Positions 62,243 to 64,000 of a stretch of 64,000 nt of DNA are shown here, piece by piece. This DNA comes from Bigelowiella natans CCMP2755 (Eukaryota; Protista; Cercozoa), in the NCBI GenBank assembly GCA_000320545.1, contig ADNK01000431.1, forward strand, positions 1-64,000. The letters run 5' to 3'. Each line of letters starts with the position of its first letter. Positions within the stretch are counted from its first letter, which is position 1. Position numbers and translations under genes: made by a program. The notes beneath the pieces were generated by a model. That model saw only the letters and a list, made by a program, of their open reading frames with translations. It made no database searches and was not told the origin of the DNA.

Positions 62243-64000
62243 GTGAGAGCCTACATATGAGACGGATGTGATGAAGAATCAAATTTTTTCAATGGTAATC
62301 CTGATGTAGCTGTGCAATGCAGCGGCTACAGCGCTAATGTTGCATCTGTTGGTTTCTGCCACAATGTGTTTCATGCATTTGAAAGCGTCCTCATGCGACC
62401 GATGTTGCCGCGCACTGCGCGCAGCAGTTCTGGATTCAATTTCAGCCTTTGTCAACCGGTTCGTGTCGTCGTTGCGATTCATGATCGCGCGCATTTGATT
62501 GCGCAATCTGATTTGTTCTCGACCATGCATTGGACATTGCAGGAGATGATCCATGTCCTTCAGGATGCCACATGCATCGCACGTGGCATCTTCCTCTGTG
62601 CATTGTCCACGTGACAGCATGAATTTGCCAAGATTGCCGACACCACAGATGGCGCGCATCCATGATGTAGCAACACTTGGAAGTTTCAGTTTGATGCCGG
62701 TGATCGAAGATGACGGGAGGAAACCAAGATTCTTGAGATTCACAGCGCGCAATGAATCATTGGACCATTCCTCTTCGAATTCGTTGAAAGCACAAGATTT
62801 CATCACCTTGTGATGTTTTTTCAGTTCTTTTTTCAGCGCCTCTGTTGTCGCCAAAACGGTGGGCAATTCGTCACCTAACAAGTCGTCAGTGATCGATTTG
62901 AGCCGTCGAAACAAGGATGCTTTGTTCCACGTGTGTGTGGGCACATCAATCCACGATGTGCCATCTGACACTTTTCGATTTTCAATGATGAAGCCATAAC
63001 TGCTCCAATCATTTATTCCCTCATGGATTTGAGGACCGCTGCCTGTGTCGATCCATGCGTTAGTGCGTAACCATGATTTAGCACACTGCACTTTAGTTTG
63101 ATATCGGGGTGGCAACGTGCCAGTGAGGACGTGGGGGACGTCGTTGGAGATGGATCCAGGTAATCCCAATATACGTTTCAGGGTTTGGGATTCCATGGAA
63201 TCCATCTGTTTTATTCGTATGTTTCTTCGTGATCTCCATATTGGAGCAGCGTATCTGCTGGATGCAAGGAACCATGATTTGTAAAATTTCAGTCTGACGT
63301 TTAGCGGTACAAGGTGTCTGGAATAACACAACCTTAACAAAAACCTTCGCTTCTTTTGCAATCTCAGGTGAGAAGCAAGAGCATGTTTTTCAAAGGTTAA
63401 TTTGTTGTCGAAGATTAGTCCGAGACATCTGCCGCTGTCGACTCTTTTTATTTTTCCTTGGAGATTGAGAGAGATGTTCCAGGAGGTTTGGTGTCGGTGG
63501 GCTTTATTTCTTTTGTCAATTATAAGGTACCCGCTCTTGTCCCCATTGAATCGCATCCGCCATTTCATGCACCAGTCCGTCATTTGGTTTAGGTCGGCCT
63601 GGATATCATCTTGCATTTTCCCCCATCGGTTTGGCGAAAACAATTTGTAGGGGGTAACGTCGTCACAGTATATTTGGAAATCTGTGTTGGTAATATGTTC
63701 GTAAATGTCGTAATAGGTTATGAAAAGGAAACAGCTGAGAGATGATCCTTCGGGGACGCCGCTCCCAAGGTTCATGTGCTCAGAGAGAGTATTGCCAAAT
63801 CTGAATCTGGCGGTACGATCTCTGAGCCAGTCGTCGATCCACAGCAATAGCGAGCCTCGTATTCCGTATTTGTCATGTAACTTGCGTATCATGCCGGAAT
63901 GCCAGGCTTTTGGATAAGCTTTAGAGGCATCTGTAAACAACAGGATGGCTGCAAGCTTTTTGTTATATACTCCATCCTCGATTGACTGCGTCATCTTTGT
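62243..64000 (-). mobile_element. Non-LTR retrotransposon (LINE), 3' part: RT domain, thumb, CCHC-type knuckle and short 3' tail; continues beyond window
   Basis: Open ORF 63994-62279 with D.SKAY, GVPEGSSLS, YCDD, LGLIFD.KLTF..H and C..C...DHLLQC. Confidence 0.93.

Overview
Intron-rich, microsatellite-laden eukaryotic nuclear DNA. It is probably from a flagellate alga; a chlorarachniophyte-like rhizarian is my inference, not proven. I reconstructed about 16 genes by eye: a partial coiled-coil gene, an N-myristoylated Gly-zipper protein, a disrupted Cdc123/R2K ATP-grasp, L-galactono-1,4-lactone dehydrogenase, a type II membrane protein, a SnoaL/NTF2-like algal protein, a CASTOR/POLLUX/DMI1-like channel, a SKICH-like + MYND protein, a WDR63/IC140 dynein intermediate chain (apparently internally deleted, hosting duplicated C/D snoRNAs), an ADF-H protein, STK19, a PhnP-like MBL hydrolase, an RGG protein, an intronless CWF19L2-like gene and two hypotheticals. 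A LINE ORF runs off the window end, and three decayed 3' fragments of the same family are also present. The most striking signal is non-coding. Genes alternate strand almost perfectly. The tail-to-tail gaps, where all the LINE copies sit, have lost TpA dinucleotides except in CTA/TAG context, keep CpG, and gain CTAG insertions and arrays. The same erasure covers the last ~660 nt of the otherwise open LINE ORF (2 TpA versus about 29 in the adjacent 660 nt). This suggests a RIP-like but chemically different (TpA->TpG/CpA) targeted hypermutation or base-modification system. Exon boundaries and counts are manual.
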